Assembly: GCA_013359225.1 (NCBI GenBank)
Contig: JABWCG010000002.1
Span: 1 to 47,469 of the forward strand
DNA: 47,469 nucleotides
Direction: 5' to 3'
Origin: Candidatus Buchananbacteria bacterium
Lineage (GTDB): Bacteria > Patescibacteriota > Patescibacteriia > Buchananbacterales > UBA6539
Within the stretch, counting starts at the first letter, position 1, and each line of letters begins with the position of its first letter. The translations under genes were made by a program, and so were the position numbers. The notes beneath the pieces were generated by a model. It worked only from the letters and a program-made list of their open reading frames with translations, searched no databases and was not told the origin of the DNA. Below are positions 17,890 through 27,326 of this stretch, in pieces.

Positions 17890-19350
17890 TTATTTAAGTA
17901 AGTTCCTCAGAAAGGCGAGTGCCTGCTGTTTGGTTTTTATTTTGCCGGCTAGCTGTGCCTCTCGGGCCGAAATCAATAGTTTGCCAATCAGTGGTCCGCT
18001 CGGTAATTTTAGGTTTTTAATAAGGTCGTTACCGGTCACCAGCGGCTTAATAAGGCCGTTTTTATTGCCTAAGCGTTGTTTGAGGCGGTTAATTCTTTTT
18101 TTAATCATTCGGTATTGGGTGAAATCAGGCCGGCCGGTTTTTTCAGGAATCGTAGCGGAAATATCCGCAAAAATCAACATCAGGAGTTCCGTGCCCGGAA
18201 AGTCCGGCTTGAAAAAATATTTTTCAATCGTAGTGTCTTTCATTTCAGAGTGTTTGGCATTTGCCGGCAGCATGTGTTTGGCAATGATTTTTTCAACGCG
18301 ATTAATGTCAACGCCGGCGGAGGATAATTTTAGCCGTTCAGCAATCAGTCGCCATTTTTGAGCTGAGACATTGTCATGATTATTAAACCGAATTCGATCT
18401 TCGTGTTTAATGGTGTAGGGTTTGCCGAGGTCATGAAAGATAGTCGCCCAAATTAATTCAGGAGTGGGCTGTTGGTTTTTGAATTCCGCTTTAAATTTTT
18501 TGTCAGCAAGGTTTTCAACTGCCAGCATAGTGTGGATCCAACAGTCGCCTTCAGAATGCCAATTGGTCGGCTGCGGACAGTTTTTCATTTTTAGTAATTC
18601 AGGGATTAAAATTTTTAATGCTCCTGATTCGTCCAGTAGTTGAATCGTTTTGGTTGCATTGGCGCTCATTGCTTTGTTCAACTCTTTAGCTATAACCTCA
18701 AAGGGAACAATTGGTTTGCCCCCGACTGTTTTAAGATGTTTAATCTGGCGTTTAATTGCTGACCAAGTTTGGTGTTCAATTACAAAATTAAGCTGGGCAC
18801 TAAATCTGATGGCTCGCAGCATGCGAGAATAGTCTTCTTTGAATCGTTGTGTTGGGGCGCCAACTGCCCGAATCACTTTATGGTTTAAGTCTTGAAGGCC
18901 TTGGTACGGGTCAAGTAATTTTTTATTTTTTACGTCATATGCAATGGCATTGATAGTAAAATCACGCCGGCCAAGATCATCTTCAATTTTTAATTTAGCG
19001 CTGCTGTTAATTTTAAAATCTTTGTAGCCGCCACTGAAGTTAATCGAGTGTTCGGTGCGCGGCAAAGCAATATCAATTTCAGTGCCAACCCAGCCTTTGG
19101 GAACAAACTTAAAGACGCCGAATTTTTTACCAACCAGATTAACTTTGCCATGGGCGGTTAAAAATTTTTCCAGTGTTGGTTTGGAAACGTTACGAACAAC
19201 TAAATCAAAATCGGTCGTGGGGCGATTTAGAAGCATGTCGCGAACGGCACCGCCAACTAAAAAAATTTCAGCTTCCGGAAGCTGCTTATAAAATTGTTTG
19301 ATGAATGGTTGAATAGACCACTTTTTTAACTTAATTGGAATATTTTTCAT
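17890..19350 (-). CDS. cca: CCA tRNA nucleotidyltransferase with HD domain
   Basis: VGGAVRD, DFD, DL.RRDFTINA, EDYSRMLRA.RF, H.EGD..HT, HDLGK. Several local tRNAs lack encoded CCA. Confidence 0.9.
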   Translation of the reverse strand: MKNIPIKLKKWSIQPFIKQFYKQLPEAEIFLVGGAVRDMLLNRPTTDFDLVVRNVSKPTLEKFLTAHGKVNLVGKKFGVFKFVPKGWVGTEIDIALPRTEHSINFSGGYKDFKINSSAKLKIEDDLGRRDFTINAIAYDVKNKKLLDPYQGLQDLNHKVIRAVGAPTQRFKEDYSRMLRAIRFSAQLNFVIEHQTWSAIKRQIKHLKTVGGKPIVPFEVIAKELNKAMSANATKTIQLLDESGALKILIPELLKMKNCPQPTNWHSEGDCWIHTMLAVENLADKKFKAEFKNQQPTPELIWATIFHDLGKPYTIKHEDRIRFNNHDNVSAQKWRLIAERLKLSSAGVDINRVEKIIAKHMLPANAKHSEMKDTTIEKYFFKPDFPGTELLMLIFADISATIPEKTGRPDFTQYRMIKKRINRLKQRLGNKNGLIKPLVTGNDLIKNLKLPSGPLIGKLLISAREAQLAGKIKTKQQALAFLRNLLK

Positions 19351-19514
19351 ATCTTTATTTTACCACAAAAACCGGATTGACAGCCATTAGTTTGACGAAA
19401 ACCAGAGAAATGGGCTACTCTTTTAGGTAGCGTTGTCGACTACACTGACAACGTTTTTTCGAACCCTACAACGTAGTTTTTTGGTAACCAGCAGGAAAGG
19501 AGAACCAGCACACT

Positions 19515-19640
19515 ATGGCACACGGAAGCCACAAAACGACCAAGCACCACCGCGAAAAGAAGTGGAAGAATGGTAGTATGAAATTTCACCGTGGTGGCAA
19601 ATCCGCCGGCAGCAATACCCGCAAGCGGAAGAAAAAGTAA
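19515..19640 (+). CDS. Putative 41-aa basic peptide upstream of purM-like gene
   Basis: AGGAAAGGAG upstream; MAHGSHKTTKHHREKKWKNGSMKFHRGGKSAGSNTRKRKKK; candidate promoter TTGACG-18-TACTCT at 19392-19421. Confidence 0.45.
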   Translation: MAHGSHKTTKHHREKKWKNGSMKFHRGGKSAGSNTRKRKKK

Positions 19641-19720
19641 CATGGGCAAAAAGAGATCCCGATGGAAGAAAAACGGATATCGAAAGGGTCGTTGTTTGAC
19701 TCAGAAATCGGAGGCAGCGA

Positions 19721-20812
19721 ATGGGAGCACTCATAGCAGCGCCACCACCACTCGGCGGCGCGACCTACGCTCAGGCCGGCGTTGATATTGACGCCGGTAA
19801 CAGCTTTGCCCGGATGGTCAAAGGTTTGATCGCTCAAGCCTGGCCGGAAGCGGCAGCCGAAATTGGCGGTTTTGCCGGCGGTGGTATCATCCCGGTCCTT
19901 AGTGGTGTGTTTCCCAGCCGCGTTGAAACCTCAACCGACGGCACGGGGACAAAGGCGATCTTGGCCGCCCTGGTCGAAGAATTTTCCGGCATCGGCCACG
20001 ACGCCGTAGCGATGAGTGCCGTTGACACTTATGTCGTCGGCGCCAAACCGGTTTATCTGCTTGATAACCTGGACGTCGCGCGGCTAGAGCCAGCCAAGCA
20101 TATTACAATCATCGAGAGCGTGATCGGCGCTTGCAAGCTTGCGGGCTGTAAGTTGGTCGGCGGTGAAACGGCTGAGCTTCCCGATCTGTTTAAGCATCCG
20201 TGGATGTTTAACCTGAACACCTCGGTTGTTGGATTTTCTTATCCGTCTAACGGAGAACTTTTTGGTCCAGTCGCGGTTAAGCCCGGCAATCTGGTTTATG
20301 GCTGGCTGTCGTACGGACTTGGTTCAAACGGTTTTTCGCTGGCGCGCAAAGTGTTTCAGTTGAAGGATCGCCCGTCACGCGCCAGAGTTCGTCTGGAGCG
20401 GACCTGGCCGGAACTTGGTGGCCAAACCTTAGCTGCTAGTTTACTACAGCCAACCCCCATTTACATCAGCGCGATTGAACAGCAGAAACCTTGTGGCGTG
20501 AAGTTTTTAGCACATGCCCACATTACTGGTGGCGGCATGGTGGAAAACATTCCGCGTTGCTTGCCGCCTGACTGCAAGGTGCGCATTGACCGTTCGCGCT
20601 GGTGTCGTCCCGCGATTTTTTCCTTAATTGAAAGATTGGGAAATGTCGACGGTGCCGAGATGGATCGAACTCTCAATCAGGGGCTGATGATGGTTTCGAT
20701 CGTGTCGCAAAACGGCAAGCCGGTTGTCAATCCGCACGCCGTGCTGATTGGCGAAGTCGCCGCACGCGAGGGCAACGAGCCGCAAGTTGAACTGTCTGGT
20801 TCGTATCGTTAG
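19721..20812 (+). CDS. purM: Divergent phosphoribosylaminoimidazole synthetase-like protein
   Basis: TYAQAGVDIDAGN, GGFAG, TDGTGTK, GGETAELP, SNGFSLARK, AHITGGG.VENIPR; SD GGAGG. Confidence 0.85.
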   Translation: MGALIAAPPPLGGATYAQAGVDIDAGNSFARMVKGLIAQAWPEAAAEIGGFAGGGIIPVLSGVFPSRVETSTDGTGTKAILAALVEEFSGIGHDAVAMSAVDTYVVGAKPVYLLDNLDVARLEPAKHITIIESVIGACKLAGCKLVGGETAELPDLFKHPWMFNLNTSVVGFSYPSNGELFGPVAVKPGNLVYGWLSYGLGSNGFSLARKVFQLKDRPSRARVRLERTWPELGGQTLAASLLQPTPIYISAIEQQKPCGVKFLAHAHITGGGMVENIPRCLPPDCKVRIDRSRWCRPAIFSLIERLGNVDGAEMDRTLNQGLMMVSIVSQNGKPVVNPHAVLIGEVAAREGNEPQVELSGSYR

Positions 20813-20879
20813 GAGGGCCCAGTGTAGTATAGTGGCCAATAATAGTTTGTTCTTTTGTCCGACCTATCTTGGTCGTTTG

Positions 20880-20916
20880 ACCGCGCGTTTACTGTTGATT
20901 GTAGCGCGGTTTTTTT
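20880..20916 (+). terminator. Intrinsic terminator
   Basis: ACCGCGC...GCGCGGT plus T-tract. Confidence 0.7.
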
Positions 20917-20953
20917 AAAACAAAAAATACCTCTTGCAACAAGAAGTATTTTT

Positions 20954-21030
20954 TGGTGGGCGATAGTGGATTCGAACCACTGACCTCATCGATGTCAACG
21001 ATGCGCTCTAACCAACTGAGCTAACCGCCC
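20954..21030 (-). tRNA. tRNA-Val(GAC)
   Basis: GGGCGGTTAGCTCAG...TT GAC AT...ATCGCCCACCA. Confidence 0.95.
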
Positions 21031-21075
21031 AAGACTTTACTAAGATACGCAATAATCGGCTAATTGTCAACTGAG

Positions 21076-21128
21076 TTCCTGTGTTTGGTACGCGCCACCC
21101 CTGGTCTTAAACCAGGGACATCCACCTT
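21076..21128 (-). pseudogene. Decayed 3' half of the adjacent tRNA-Ile
   Basis: CCTGGTCTTAAACCAGGGACATCCACCTT versus CCTGGTCTCGAACCAGGGACATCCACCTT in the intact gene. Confidence 0.8.
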
Positions 21129-21143
21129 GGCTCATATATTTAG

Positions 21144-21217
21144 TGCGCCCACCTGGTCTCGAACCAGGGACATCCACCTTATAAGAGTGGCGCTCTAACC
21201 AACTGAGCTATGGGCGC
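21144..21217 (-). tRNA. tRNA-Ile(UAU), CCA not encoded
   Basis: GCGCCCATAGCTCAGTTGGTTAGAGCGCCACT-CT TAT AA-GGTGG...GTTCGAGAC..TGGGCGCA; A73, C4-G69, U12-A23. Confidence 0.9.
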
Positions 21218-21314
21218 ACTAAATATACGAGAATGAAATTATGAGTGGTGCTAATCGGCGCACTAAGCACAGGAATTCGGTGGCGTTAAGACACCCTTCA
21301 TTATAACAGCCGTC

Positions 21315-22451
21315 TTATTTTTGACCAAGCCTTTCTTTAATTCGATCAATGACGACTTGCTCCGCTTCTTGGAGGGTTTTTTGAGGAAGCTCAAATGCGG
21401 CAATACTTTTAGAACCGGTCGGGTTAAAATTATTTGTGAGGTAAAGAGCGTTATGATTTTTCAAAGTGTTAACTAAGACATTGACGGCGCCGTTAAATTG
21501 ATAGATTAAAACCACGATTTCTACTCCCGGAACAAATGATATTAATTCTTCTACGACGTCAGATAAATCATTTGGGTTGGCGCCGGCCTCAATAAAGTCG
21601 TTGTCGGTTAGTAGTGACCAAACCAACGTGTTGCCGTTGCGGCTCTTAAGTCGGGCCAAGACTCGTCCCCAGAGATTTAGGGTAGGCAGATTTCTTGAGC
21701 GGTATAATTTTTTGATAATCAAATCGCGGTCGGCCTCAAGCCCTAATAGCTGGCTGGCAATTTCCAAAGTTTTTGGGGTAACCGTAACGGTTTTAAAGCT
21801 TTTGGTTTCGGCAATCATGCCGGTTAATAAACAGGTGGCGATATCTTTATCGAGTAAATTTTGATCAATTGTTTTGATTAACCGGAAAATAATTTCCGAC
21901 CCTGCTACCGCATTGGGGTTGGTTAAGTTGATTTGTCCGTACTGCTCATTTTCTGCAGAGTGATCAATGTTGACGATTGTGGTATCGTAAAAAAATTCGG
22001 TGAAGTTTTGGTAGATATTGCCCAGGGAATCAAAGTCTGGCGCGTCAATCGTAAAGATTGCATCGTATTTGTACCCTGAACTCGTGGCTTCAACGTCATT
22101 TTTGTGAAACGATCCGGCCTTGGGAGTAACATAAATATTGAGCCGATCGTTTTCAATGTTGTAGCTAAACTCGTCAACGGCATTCTTTTTCAAATTAAGA
22201 CTGATGATGAATTTTTCCAAGCCGGTAATATGAGGTTTAATGTCTTTGATGTTTGGTAGAAAATCAAGATTGTTAGGCACCGAAAAGCCATCACAGACAA
22301 TATCAACCAGCTTATTTTGTTTTTTTAAAACCAAACCAAGCGCCAGTGCTGAGGCAATAGCATCTGCCGAATAATCTTTCTTGCAAACAATTAAAATGTG
22401 ATGACTTCTTTTAATCGTTTCATGTACTTGTTGAGCCTCATTGAGAGCCAT
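21315..22451 (-). CDS. DHH/NrnA-like phosphoesterase family protein with degenerate motifs
   Basis: DAIASALAL, IFTID, NIDHS..NEQYGQIN, ATCLLTGMIAETKSF. Confidence 0.8.
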   Translation of the reverse strand: MALNEAQQVHETIKRSHHILIVCKKDYSADAIASALALGLVLKKQNKLVDIVCDGFSVPNNLDFLPNIKDIKPHITGLEKFIISLNLKKNAVDEFSYNIENDRLNIYVTPKAGSFHKNDVEATSSGYKYDAIFTIDAPDFDSLGNIYQNFTEFFYDTTIVNIDHSAENEQYGQINLTNPNAVAGSEIIFRLIKTIDQNLLDKDIATCLLTGMIAETKSFKTVTVTPKTLEIASQLLGLEADRDLIIKKLYRSRNLPTLNLWGRVLARLKSRNGNTLVWSLLTDNDFIEAGANPNDLSDVVEELISFVPGVEIVVLIYQFNGAVNVLVNTLKNHNALYLTNNFNPTGSKSIAAFELPQKTLQEAEQVVIDRIKERLGQK

Positions 22452-22591
22452 GACTGGAGCGCTTTTTGTTATCTTTAGTAAAGTAGTTAATTATACCTAT
22501 TTAATAGGAATTTGTCATCTTAATTGTTGTGATACAGATTGTCAAGAATTCGGGCCAAAAACTTGATAAATCTAAGAAAATTGGCTAAAAT

Positions 22592-25210
22592 ATGAATATG
22601 TCAAAAACTGAGATTCCTAAAGCCTACGAACCAAAAACAGTTGAAGACTCTATCTACCAAATGTGGGAAGAGTCTGGTTTTTTTAACCCTGATAATTTAC
22701 CCAAGGGGCATAAGCAGCCGTTTACCATCGCTATGCCGCCACCAAATGCAACCGGCACGCTGCATGTCGGCCATGCGGTAATGTTGGCAATTCAGGATAT
22801 TGTTATTCGTCATCAGCGCATGAAAGGCCGCAAGGCACTTTGGTTGCCGGGTACCGATCATGCGGCAATTGCCACCAACGCTAAGGTTGAAAAGATTTTA
22901 CAGGATCGGGAAGGGAAAACGCGATTTGATATTGGTCGCGAGGCGTTTATTAGTCGGGTGGAGCAGTTTATTGCCGAATCGCAGGCTACCATTATTAATC
23001 AGGTTAAGAAAATGGGTTCAAGTTGTGATTGGTCGCGGTTGCGTTATACGTTTGATGAGGGCTTGAGCCATGCGGTGTCATCGGCATTTGTGGAAATGTA
23101 TAATGATGGCTTGATTTATCGCGGGGAGCGAATTGTTAACTGGTGTCCTCATTGTGGTTCAACCTTGGCTGATGATGAGGTTGAATATAAAGAAGAAATG
23201 ACACCGTTTTATTATTTTAAATATGGTCCGGTGGTGATTGGTACCGCCCGGCCGGAGACGAAATTCGGTGATAAGGTCATTGTGGTTCATCCCGATGATC
23301 CTCGGTATCAAGATTTGATTAATAAAGAGCTGGAAGTCGACTGGATTTTAGGCAAGATTAAAGCCCGGGTGATTGCGGACTCGGCTGCGGAAATGGAAAT
23401 GGGCTCTGGTGCGATGACGATTACGCCTGGTCACAGTTTTGTTGATTTTGAGCTGGCTCAAAAATACGGCATTGCCATTGAAAAGATTATTGATGAGTCT
23501 GGTCGCTTAACACAGGCGGCGGGGGAGTTAGCCGGATTGTCAGTTAAGGAGGCGCGCCGAAAAGTTGTCGAGTTATTACAAACTAAAAATCTGGTTGATC
23601 ATATCGACGAAAACTACGTTCATAATCTGTCGGTTTGTTACCGTTGCGGTACACCCGTTGAGCCATTGGTTTCCAAACAATGGTTTGTTGATGTTAATAA
23701 ACCGATTAAAAAATTTGGCGGTAAGACAATCAAAGAGCGGTCGCTGGAAGTAGTGCGCGGCGGCGAAGTTAAAATTATTCCTGAACGCTTTGAAAAAACT
23801 TATTATCACTGGATGGAAAATCTACGCGATTGGTGCATTTCGCGCCAGATTTGGTTTGGCCACCGGATTCCGGTTTGGTACCGCGGCGAAAATCAAGCTG
23901 AGATTTATGTTGGCAGTACGCCACCAAAAGGTGAAGGTTGGCAACAGGATCCCGATACCCTTGATACTTGGTTTTCTTCGGGACTATGGACATTTTCAAC
24001 ACTGGGTTGGCCAGATAAAACGGCCGACCTAAAAACTTTTCATCCGACATCGTTGATGGAAACCGGATATGACATTTTATTTTTCTGGATTGCTCGAATG
24101 ATTATTATGACGACGTATTTGATTGAAGAAATTCCGTTTGAAACAGTATATTTGCATGGCTTGGTGCGCGATGAACAGGGTAGAAAAATGAGCAAGTCGC
24201 TTGATAACATTATTGATCCGCTGGACACCATCAGTAAATATGGCGCGGACGCGACGCGTCTGAGTTTGGTGATTGGCATGACGCCCGGAAACGACACTAA
24301 TATGTCAGAGGCAAAAATTGCCGGGTACCGAAATTTTGTTAATAAACTTTGGAATATTTCGCGCTATATTTTAATGAACGTTAAGACAGTACGGTTGGTG
24401 GAATCTGCGCCAAAACCAAAAACGTTAGCTGATGAATGGATTTTGGCGGAACTTAACGAGTTAATTGTCAGCGCCACTGATAATTTGGAAAAGTATAACC
24501 TGTCGATTGTTGGCGAAAAAATTTATGAATTTACCTGGTCGAAGCTGGCCGATTGGTATGTTGAGATTGCCAAAATTGAAGGTGATAAAGACGAGCTGTT
24601 ATTGTATATTTTACAAACCGTTTTGAAGTTATGGCATCCATACACGCCGTTTGTAACTGAGGAAATTTGGAAAAAAATTTCGCCAAATGAATTATTGTTA
24701 GTTCAACCTTGGCCGGAAGCTTCCGGCAAAATAAGTAAAGCGTCAGTTGCCAAGTTTGGCCTAGTTAAAAATGTGATTACCGGCATCAGAAATGTTCGGG
24801 CTGAGGCTAAAATTGCACCCTCACAACTGCTGGATGCTGTGGTAGTTGCTCCGAAGAATTCAAAATTATTCAAAGAGCAGGAAGCGGTAATTAAAACGTT
24901 AGCGCGGCTTAAGACGCTTGAACTAAAAACAGCCGCTGCTAAACCATCCCAGGCGTTAGCAGTGATTCTACCCCAAGTTGAGATTTATTTGCCGGTTTCT
25001 GGTATGATTGATGTAGCTAAGGAAGTTAAGCGCTTAACGGAAGAGATGACCCGGCTGACTGATTTTGTCCAGCATCTTGAGCAAAAATTAAGCAATGAGC
25101 GTTTCTTGGAGCGAGCACCCAAAGAAATTATTGCCGCAGAAAAAGAAAAGCTCGAAAGCAACAAGCTGAAATTAGCTAGTATTAATCAGCAACTTAAAAC
25201 ACTTACTTAA
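22592..25210 (+). CDS. valS: Valine--tRNA ligase
   Basis: PPPNATG.LHVGH, DWCISRQIWFGH, DTWFSS, KMSKS, C-terminal coiled coil. Confidence 0.98.
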   Translation: MNMSKTEIPKAYEPKTVEDSIYQMWEESGFFNPDNLPKGHKQPFTIAMPPPNATGTLHVGHAVMLAIQDIVIRHQRMKGRKALWLPGTDHAAIATNAKVEKILQDREGKTRFDIGREAFISRVEQFIAESQATIINQVKKMGSSCDWSRLRYTFDEGLSHAVSSAFVEMYNDGLIYRGERIVNWCPHCGSTLADDEVEYKEEMTPFYYFKYGPVVIGTARPETKFGDKVIVVHPDDPRYQDLINKELEVDWILGKIKARVIADSAAEMEMGSGAMTITPGHSFVDFELAQKYGIAIEKIIDESGRLTQAAGELAGLSVKEARRKVVELLQTKNLVDHIDENYVHNLSVCYRCGTPVEPLVSKQWFVDVNKPIKKFGGKTIKERSLEVVRGGEVKIIPERFEKTYYHWMENLRDWCISRQIWFGHRIPVWYRGENQAEIYVGSTPPKGEGWQQDPDTLDTWFSSGLWTFSTLGWPDKTADLKTFHPTSLMETGYDILFFWIARMIIMTTYLIEEIPFETVYLHGLVRDEQGRKMSKSLDNIIDPLDTISKYGADATRLSLVIGMTPGNDTNMSEAKIAGYRNFVNKLWNISRYILMNVKTVRLVESAPKPKTLADEWILAELNELIVSATDNLEKYNLSIVGEKIYEFTWSKLADWYVEIAKIEGDKDELLLYILQTVLKLWHPYTPFVTEEIWKKISPNELLLVQPWPEASGKISKASVAKFGLVKNVITGIRNVRAEAKIAPSQLLDAVVVAPKNSKLFKEQEAVIKTLARLKTLELKTAAAKPSQALAVILPQVEIYLPVSGMIDVAKEVKRLTEEMTRLTDFVQHLEQKLSNERFLERAPKEIIAAEKEKLESNKLKLASINQQLKTLT

Positions 25211-25211
25211 C

Positions 25212-26399
25212 ATGTCACATAAGCAAGCATTAATTGATGAAATTTTAACCCGCGGCGTGGAAAATATTTATCCCAATCCACAAGCTTTGGAACAAGCTTT
25301 AAAGTCGGGTAAAAAGCTTACTTTATACTGCGGATATGACCCAAATTCACCAACTTTGCATATTGGTCATGGCATTACGGTGAGAAAATTGGCAAAATTT
25401 TTGGCGCTGGGCCATAAGGTCATTTTTTTGTTTGGAGACTTCACCGGCCAGATTGGCGACCCCGACAAATTAAGCGTTCGCGAGCAGATCACTCATCAGC
25501 AGGTTTTAAAAAACTTAGCCGGCTGGAAAAAGCAGATTAAGAATTTAATTGATATTGACAAGGTTGAGTTTCGGTTTAATTCCAAGTGGCTGGCGAAACT
25601 GAATTTTGCAAACCTTATTGATATTGCTAAGCATTTCACTGTTCAGCAGATGTTGGACCGTGATATGTTTCAGGAGCGGCTAAAGATTAACCGCCCTATT
25701 TATTTACACGAATTTTTCTATCCGCTGATGCAGGCGTACGATTCGGTGGAAATGAATGTTGATTTGGAAGTTGGTGGCAACGATCAGACTTTTAATATGT
25801 TGGCCGGCCGGACATTAATGAAGGCAATGACGGGCAAAGAAAAAATGGTTTTAACCATGAAACTGCTGGAAGACCCGACTGGCAAGAAGATGGGTAAATC
25901 GGAAGGCAATATGATTACGCTGGCGGATTCACCAGAAGAGGTATACGGAAAAGTTATGAGCTGGACTGACGCAATGATTTTACCGGCTTTTGAAATTTTG
26001 ACGGATGTACCGTTAACGGAAATGGAACAGATTAAGCAAGAATTAGCTGCCGGTCAAAACCCCAAAATTTTTAAGATGCAGTTGGCATATCAGGTAGTTA
26101 AGATTTATCACGGTCAAGCAGCTGCTACTGACGCCGAGCAAAATTTTAAGCAGGTTTTTGAGGATGGCTTGCGTCCCGATGAAATGCCGGTGGTGAAAAC
26201 CAAGGTACGCGATATTATTGATGTGCTGGTGGCTACGAAATTAGCGGCTTCAAAATCGGAAGCCAGACGGCTTTTGGCGCAGGGTGCAGTGAAAGTGGAC
26301 GGTAAAAAGATAACTGACGAAAATTATACTATCAAAAACATTGGCTCAGACGGCGTTGTTATTCAAAAAGGCAAGCGTCACTTTGCCAAAATCATTTAA
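25212..26399 (+). CDS. tyrS: Tyrosine--tRNA ligase
   Basis: G.DP..LHIGH, YPLMQAYD, GGNDQ.FN, KMGKS, C-terminal S4 domain. Confidence 0.97.
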   Translation: MSHKQALIDEILTRGVENIYPNPQALEQALKSGKKLTLYCGYDPNSPTLHIGHGITVRKLAKFLALGHKVIFLFGDFTGQIGDPDKLSVREQITHQQVLKNLAGWKKQIKNLIDIDKVEFRFNSKWLAKLNFANLIDIAKHFTVQQMLDRDMFQERLKINRPIYLHEFFYPLMQAYDSVEMNVDLEVGGNDQTFNMLAGRTLMKAMTGKEKMVLTMKLLEDPTGKKMGKSEGNMITLADSPEEVYGKVMSWTDAMILPAFEILTDVPLTEMEQIKQELAAGQNPKIFKMQLAYQVVKIYHGQAAATDAEQNFKQVFEDGLRPDEMPVVKTKVRDIIDVLVATKLAASKSEARRLLAQGAVKVDGKKITDENYTIKNIGSDGVVIQKGKRHFAKII

Positions 26400-26411
26400 C
26401 CCTCAAACTAT

Positions 26412-26777
26412 ATGGCCCAAAAGATTTTAATCATTGAAGACGAAGAGTCGTTGATGAAAAATTTAAAGCTGGCCATTGATGGCGATTATAAAATTAGCAC
26501 CTCAATGTCGGGAGTTGAGGGTTTGGCCAAAGCTAAAAAGGAATTGCCGGATTTGATTTTGCTTGATATTATGCTGCCGGACATGAATGGCATTGAAATT
26601 TTGCAAGCTTTAAAAGCTGACGAGAAAACTGATAGTATTCCGGTGATTGTGATGACTAATTTGAGTGACCAGGGGACGGTGAGCCAGATTTTAGCCGCCG
26701 GCGGCAAAGAGTACTTGGTAAAAAGTGACTGGAGTATTGACGACATTGTCAAAAAAGTAGAAGAGACTTTAAAGTAA
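26412..26777 (+). CDS. Stand-alone response regulator receiver protein
   Basis: ILIIEDE, DLILLDIMLP..NG, IVMT, YLVK. Confidence 0.92.
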   Translation: MAQKILIIEDEESLMKNLKLAIDGDYKISTSMSGVEGLAKAKKELPDLILLDIMLPDMNGIEILQALKADEKTDSIPVIVMTNLSDQGTVSQILAAGGKEYLVKSDWSIDDIVKKVEETLK

Positions 26778-26897
26778 AATATCCGAATTATAAAGATTAA
26801 CAAGGGCTTAGGGCCCTTGTTTTATATTGACAAAATTATCTTTTTATGTTATATTGTTGATAACTTTAGTGCCAACCTACAAGGAGGATCAAGCACT

Positions 26898-27242
26898 ATG
26901 CCAAGGCAGGACATGCATTTGTACGAAGTGGCGAAGGAGGTCGCGAAAGCCGTCGAGTTACTCGGCAGTACCAAGGACGATTTGAGTCCGCCGGAGCTCG
27001 GTCGCGAGATCGGCATCATCGTTCGGCAGGTGCAGGAGCACCAGCTTGAAATGAAGCACGTGCTCGCCGCCGGCCAGAGCGAAACGTTCGAGGAGTTTCT
27101 CGAAGCGCTCGACAACGTCGGGGACGTGCCGGATAACGTAGTTTATCCGATCTGTGCCACCCGGGACGGCAGCCTGATTCGGAAGGAATCATCCCCCGAA
27201 ACCGGATGTATCCATCCGACCCGGCACGCCGCCAACCAATAA
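26898..27242 (+). CDS. Orphan acidic hypothetical protein in its own transcription unit
   Basis: TTGACA-17-TATATT (26827-26855), SD AAGGAGG, downstream hairpin and T-tract. Confidence 0.7.
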   Translation: MPRQDMHLYEVAKEVAKAVELLGSTKDDLSPPELGREIGIIVRQVQEHQLEMKHVLAAGQSETFEEFLEALDNVGDVPDNVVYPICATRDGSLIRKESSPETGCIHPTRHAANQ

Positions 27243-27326
27243 CCTAACCGCATCCCGCCTGACCCTAGGACCGAACGAACGCAAAAAACGCGCTCGCTCG
27301 GTCCTCTTTCTTTTAGCAAAACAAAA

